NCBI GenBank assembly: GCA_030649735.1
Contig: JAUSFL010000022.1
Coordinates: forward strand, 1-19,270
DNA: 19,270 nucleotides
From: Candidatus Iainarchaeum sp.
Lineage (GTDB): Archaea; Iainarchaeota; Iainarchaeia; Iainarchaeales; UBA10191
Direction of reading: 5' to 3'
Positions within the stretch are counted from its first letter, which is position 1. Each line of letters opens with the position of its first letter. Below, in pieces: positions 16,241 to 19,270 of this stretch. Below the pieces are notes generated by a model. The model was not told the DNA's origin. It saw only the letters and a program-made list of their open reading frames with translations, and searched no databases. A program made the translations under genes and the position numbers.

Positions 16241-19063
16241 ATGAAACTTTGTTTTTTATTTTTTGTGGCCTTGCTTTTTGCAGGTTTTGCATTTTCTGCA
16301 ATTGCGCCAAGCAATTACTTGATTGAGCGGGTTAGCGGCGGCTCTTATCCGCCTGTAAGCCAGCACTTGATTTTTCCAGAGCCTTCAGGCATTTTGCCTG
16401 CAAAGGGAGTTTCTTGGATTCACGCGCAAACTGGCAATCGAACCGCAAGAGTCACTGACGCTTTTGCTGATGACAATGCATTAAACCCAAGCTATTACAA
16501 TCCAACATGGCCCGGAACTGGATTTTACAATGGATATTCAACTTACACTAATGTCAACATTACTGGCGAGTATGCTGTTGTTTTTGCAACAACTGCGTTG
16601 TCTAATTTGTACAGGCTTTCAGACAATGCTAGATTGAACAGGATTAAAACAAAGCAAGCCACTGCAGGAAACAACATTGGGGAAGTTCATGGAATTCGCT
16701 GGGACTTGACTGGAATTCCAGGAACCCAGACAATAATTTATTACAATATTGGCAGCAAGCTCTACCAGCAAGATGTTCTGTTAGGGTCTGCTTCAGAGCA
16801 AATTGTTTTCACTTTTCCAGGACAGCTTGGCGAAGACACTTACGGAGATTTTTCAACAGACGGAAAATACAGGGCTTTTGTAATGGCTGACAATAATGCT
16901 CCGTCAGGAATCAGCATTATAGTTTTTGACAAGCTTAACAAGCGAATTCTTCCAGGAAAAATAACAACGCATTTGGGAGTAACTAGCATGGTTAAAACAG
17001 GCGCTGATGTTTCGCCTGACGGAAAATGGCTTTATGTGACTGGAAGCGTTTACACTTATTACGACGGCACTCCCGGAAGCATTGGAGGCGCAAGATATTA
17101 CAGGATTAGCGATTTGGAAGCAGGAATGACAGAGCCCATACGCTGGCTCAATTACGTGGGAAGCCATTCAGGATGGAATTACGATTACAATGGAAAATTA
17201 GTTAAAATCGTAAGGGCTTCTACAGGCAATAGCGCAGACTGGTATTTTGCAGAATATCCTGAAACCGGGGAAAAAATGAAAATAATGCACATGACAGAAT
17301 TAGGCGGCTGGAATACAGACCAGCACATTGCAAGAATGTACAATCCAAGCATGAAAGGCTGGGCGTTATTTTCAACCTACAATTGCCTTACTGAGTACAA
17401 CACTTGGGGCAGCCAGCAATTGTTCATGGTTGAAATAAAGCCTGCTCAAATCAACGGCGTGAAAGTTCCAGCAGATCAAATGCCCAGAATTTGGCGGCTT
17501 GGCCAAACTTATGCCCAAACAAACGCTGACTCTGATGCAAGCTGCAATAAGCAATACTTTGCAGAAGCTTTTGCAAACTTGGATCCTTCAGGAACAAAAG
17601 TTTTTTGGGGCGGCAATTGGATGTTTTCGGGAAATCTGGAAATGTACGAGCTGGAGCTTCCTGAAAACTGGCATCAAAATCTTTCAGGAATCATTCCGCC
17701 GCCAGCCTGCACTTTACCCCAAATTTCGTGCAATGGCTCTTGCATTGCTCCAGTTTGCTCTTCCAATTCTCAATGCGATGACTCAAATTCTAGCACAACA
17801 GACTCTTGCAATAATGCGGGAACTTGCACTGCGTTTTGCTCTCGCATTCCTATCCCGCAACAGTCTGGCAAAGTTTACAATCTTTATGCAGGAACGCCTG
17901 ATGTCAGTTCTTACTCAATAGGGCCTGATGGCGTTTGCGTGCAAGGATTGTATTGGGGAAAAGACACATTATCAAATACAACTAGGGGAAATTACTTTGG
18001 CGCAGTATCAATAAGAAAAGGCACGTGGACTTATTTTAATGGCACAACAACAATTACGAGTTCTTTTGACTCTGTGTGGGCCAACAGTTACCATCATGGC
18101 TCAATTGTTTTCAGGTTCAATATTCCGGCAGAACTCACTGGCAAAAAAATCAAGAGCGCATATTTTGGATTTAACGCAAATAATCCTTCAGGCGCAAGCG
18201 ATGGAGGATCGATTCCCAAAGGCCGTGAAATGGTTCCCATAAAAACAATCCTAAACCCTCAAGGATACGCTGACCCGCCCACTTGCGCATACTTAAAAGA
18301 CATTAATGGGGGAACTGTAGAATCAAACTGGAATGGCGCATCATTTTTGAACCGTTATGAAGTTCCAAATGGCAGCGGGGGATATAATTCAACGCCTTGG
18401 AGCACTCTGCCAACAAAACTCATTGTTGACGGCAAAACGTACGGTAAAATAGGGGACATAACTAGTGTCGAAGGCCCAATTGCGGGGTGGATTTCATTTG
18501 TCTCAAACGCAATGAGCTACTCGACAGACGTTACGCCCGCAATCCAGGCCATTGTTGATGGAGCGCAAAACAACGGCTTTTTCATGGATGTTGATAATCT
18601 TTCTTCGCCTGACAATTTTGGGGATTACTCTAACACTCTCAACCCGAAATTCACTAGCCATGTGATATTTTATTCGTCATTTGCTGCCGACCCTGCCACA
18701 AGGCCGCGTTTAGTAATAACTTTGAATGAGAATCCTCAAGTAAATTGTACTTTGCCGCAAATTTCCTGCAGTGGGGTTTGCATCGTTCCTGTTTGCTCTG
18801 TTAATGCACATTGTGATGATTTGAATTCTTTGACTGTTGATATTTGCAACAATGTGGGAACTTGCAATGCAAACTGCACTCATGCCGTGATTGCGGCCTG
18901 TTTTGACCTTACCGGAGACAAGAAAGTAAATTTATTTGACCTTGTTTTTGTTGCATTGCGAATCGGCAATGGCACGGGAGATCCTGCCGATGTTTTGGGG
19001 AATAATGGAGTCAACATCAGCGACTTGCAGGCTGTCTCAATGAACTTTGGCCAAACTTGCTAA
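16241..19063 (+). CDS. Secreted modular protein: beta-propeller-like domain, 8-Cys linker, DNRLRE/disaggregatase-related-like beta-sandwich, second 8-Cys linker, and C-terminal dockerin-like domain
   Basis: Signal peptide. FSTDGKY, VSPDGKWL and LDPSGTKVFWGGNW are propeller-type motifs. FRFNIP...KIKSA...DVTPAIQAIVDGAQNNGF...FYSS...RPRLVIT matches the DNRLRE-type pattern. Cys modules at 17708-17839 and 18746-18877, dockerin-like domain at 18899-19063. Confidence 0.82.
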   Translation: MKLCFLFFVALLFAGFAFSAIAPSNYLIERVSGGSYPPVSQHLIFPEPSGILPAKGVSWIHAQTGNRTARVTDAFADDNALNPSYYNPTWPGTGFYNGYSTYTNVNITGEYAVVFATTALSNLYRLSDNARLNRIKTKQATAGNNIGEVHGIRWDLTGIPGTQTIIYYNIGSKLYQQDVLLGSASEQIVFTFPGQLGEDTYGDFSTDGKYRAFVMADNNAPSGISIIVFDKLNKRILPGKITTHLGVTSMVKTGADVSPDGKWLYVTGSVYTYYDGTPGSIGGARYYRISDLEAGMTEPIRWLNYVGSHSGWNYDYNGKLVKIVRASTGNSADWYFAEYPETGEKMKIMHMTELGGWNTDQHIARMYNPSMKGWALFSTYNCLTEYNTWGSQQLFMVEIKPAQINGVKVPADQMPRIWRLGQTYAQTNADSDASCNKQYFAEAFANLDPSGTKVFWGGNWMFSGNLEMYELELPENWHQNLSGIIPPPACTLPQISCNGSCIAPVCSSNSQCDDSNSSTTDSCNNAGTCTAFCSRIPIPQQSGKVYNLYAGTPDVSSYSIGPDGVCVQGLYWGKDTLSNTTRGNYFGAVSIRKGTWTYFNGTTTITSSFDSVWANSYHHGSIVFRFNIPAELTGKKIKSAYFGFNANNPSGASDGGSIPKGREMVPIKTILNPQGYADPPTCAYLKDINGGTVESNWNGASFLNRYEVPNGSGGYNSTPWSTLPTKLIVDGKTYGKIGDITSVEGPIAGWISFVSNAMSYSTDVTPAIQAIVDGAQNNGFFMDVDNLSSPDNFGDYSNTLNPKFTSHVIFYSSFAADPATRPRLVITLNENPQVNCTLPQISCSGVCIVPVCSVNAHCDDLNSLTVDICNNVGTCNANCTHAVIAACFDLTGDKKVNLFDLVFVALRIGNGTGDPADVLGNNGVNISDLQAVSMNFGQTC

Positions 19064-19070
19064 TTATTCG

Positions 19071-19124
19071 AAAACAAGCTTTTTTTTGGCAAAAATTAAA
19101 TACTGAAACTTCTTTTTCTCTAGC
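19071..19124 (+). promoter_or_regulatory. Terminator/promoter cassette copy 4
   Basis: T-tract followed by ggcaaaaaTTAAATActgaaacttctttttctctagcGTG. The TATA at 19096 is 29 nt before GTG 19125. Nearly identical to copy 2. Confidence 0.72.
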
Positions 19125-19270
19125 GTGAAAGCCAAATTATTGCTTGTTTTTTTTGCTTTCTTGTTTTTTGCCAGTTTTGCGTTTTCCACCAGCTGGTATG
19201 TTTCACCGACTGGAAACAACACTACTGGAAATTCTTGGGCTAATGCTTGGACAAGCCTTAATTTTACTGG
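19125..19270 (+). CDS. Fourth paralog of the secreted array, 3'-truncated by the window edge (absent from the ORF track)
   Basis: Translates to MKAKLLLVFFAFLFFASFAFSTSWYVSPTGNNTTGNSWANAWTSLNFT. It has the same signal peptide and W(Y/F)VxP...GxSxxNAW N-cap as genes 12211 and 14162. Confidence 0.85.
   Translation, partial: MKAKLLLVFFAFLFFASFAFSTSWYVSPTGNNTTGNSWANAWTSLNFT

Noticed and set aside
13936-19124. Repeated intergenic/junction sequences as CRISPR repeats, integron attC sites or DGR template/variable repeats
   Set aside because: The spacing is kilobases and the repeats are degenerate and non-palindromic. The mismatches are not adenine-specific by eye, and no cas, integrase or reverse transcriptase gene is present in the window.

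Overview
Archaeal genomic DNA, most likely a DPANN lineage. This is an inference from GGTG/GGAGG-type SD sites, TTTAAATA TATA boxes, oligo-T terminators, two histone-fold genes and many Cys-rich surface proteins. Left part (1-8809): four + strand surface or secreted protein genes. Two of them are membrane anchored and share a previously unlabelled ~130-aa beta-sandwich domain that resembles a cohesin. Middle (8886-12155): glmS, an RHH-antitoxin/RelE-family toxin pair, and two divergently transcribed histones of different classes. Right part (12211-19270): a tandem array of at least four paralogous secreted modular proteins. The three complete ones consist of a signal peptide, a variable beta-helix, beta-propeller or DNRLRE-like cargo, an optional 8-Cys linker, and a Cys-flanked C-terminal dockerin-like domain. 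Each is preceded by a conserved TATA cassette spaced for leaderless, mostly GTG-initiated mRNA. The most interesting hypothesis is a cellulosome-like dockerin/cohesin surface-display system in a small-genome archaeon, with interchangeable cargo domains. The cohesin assignment is unverified.
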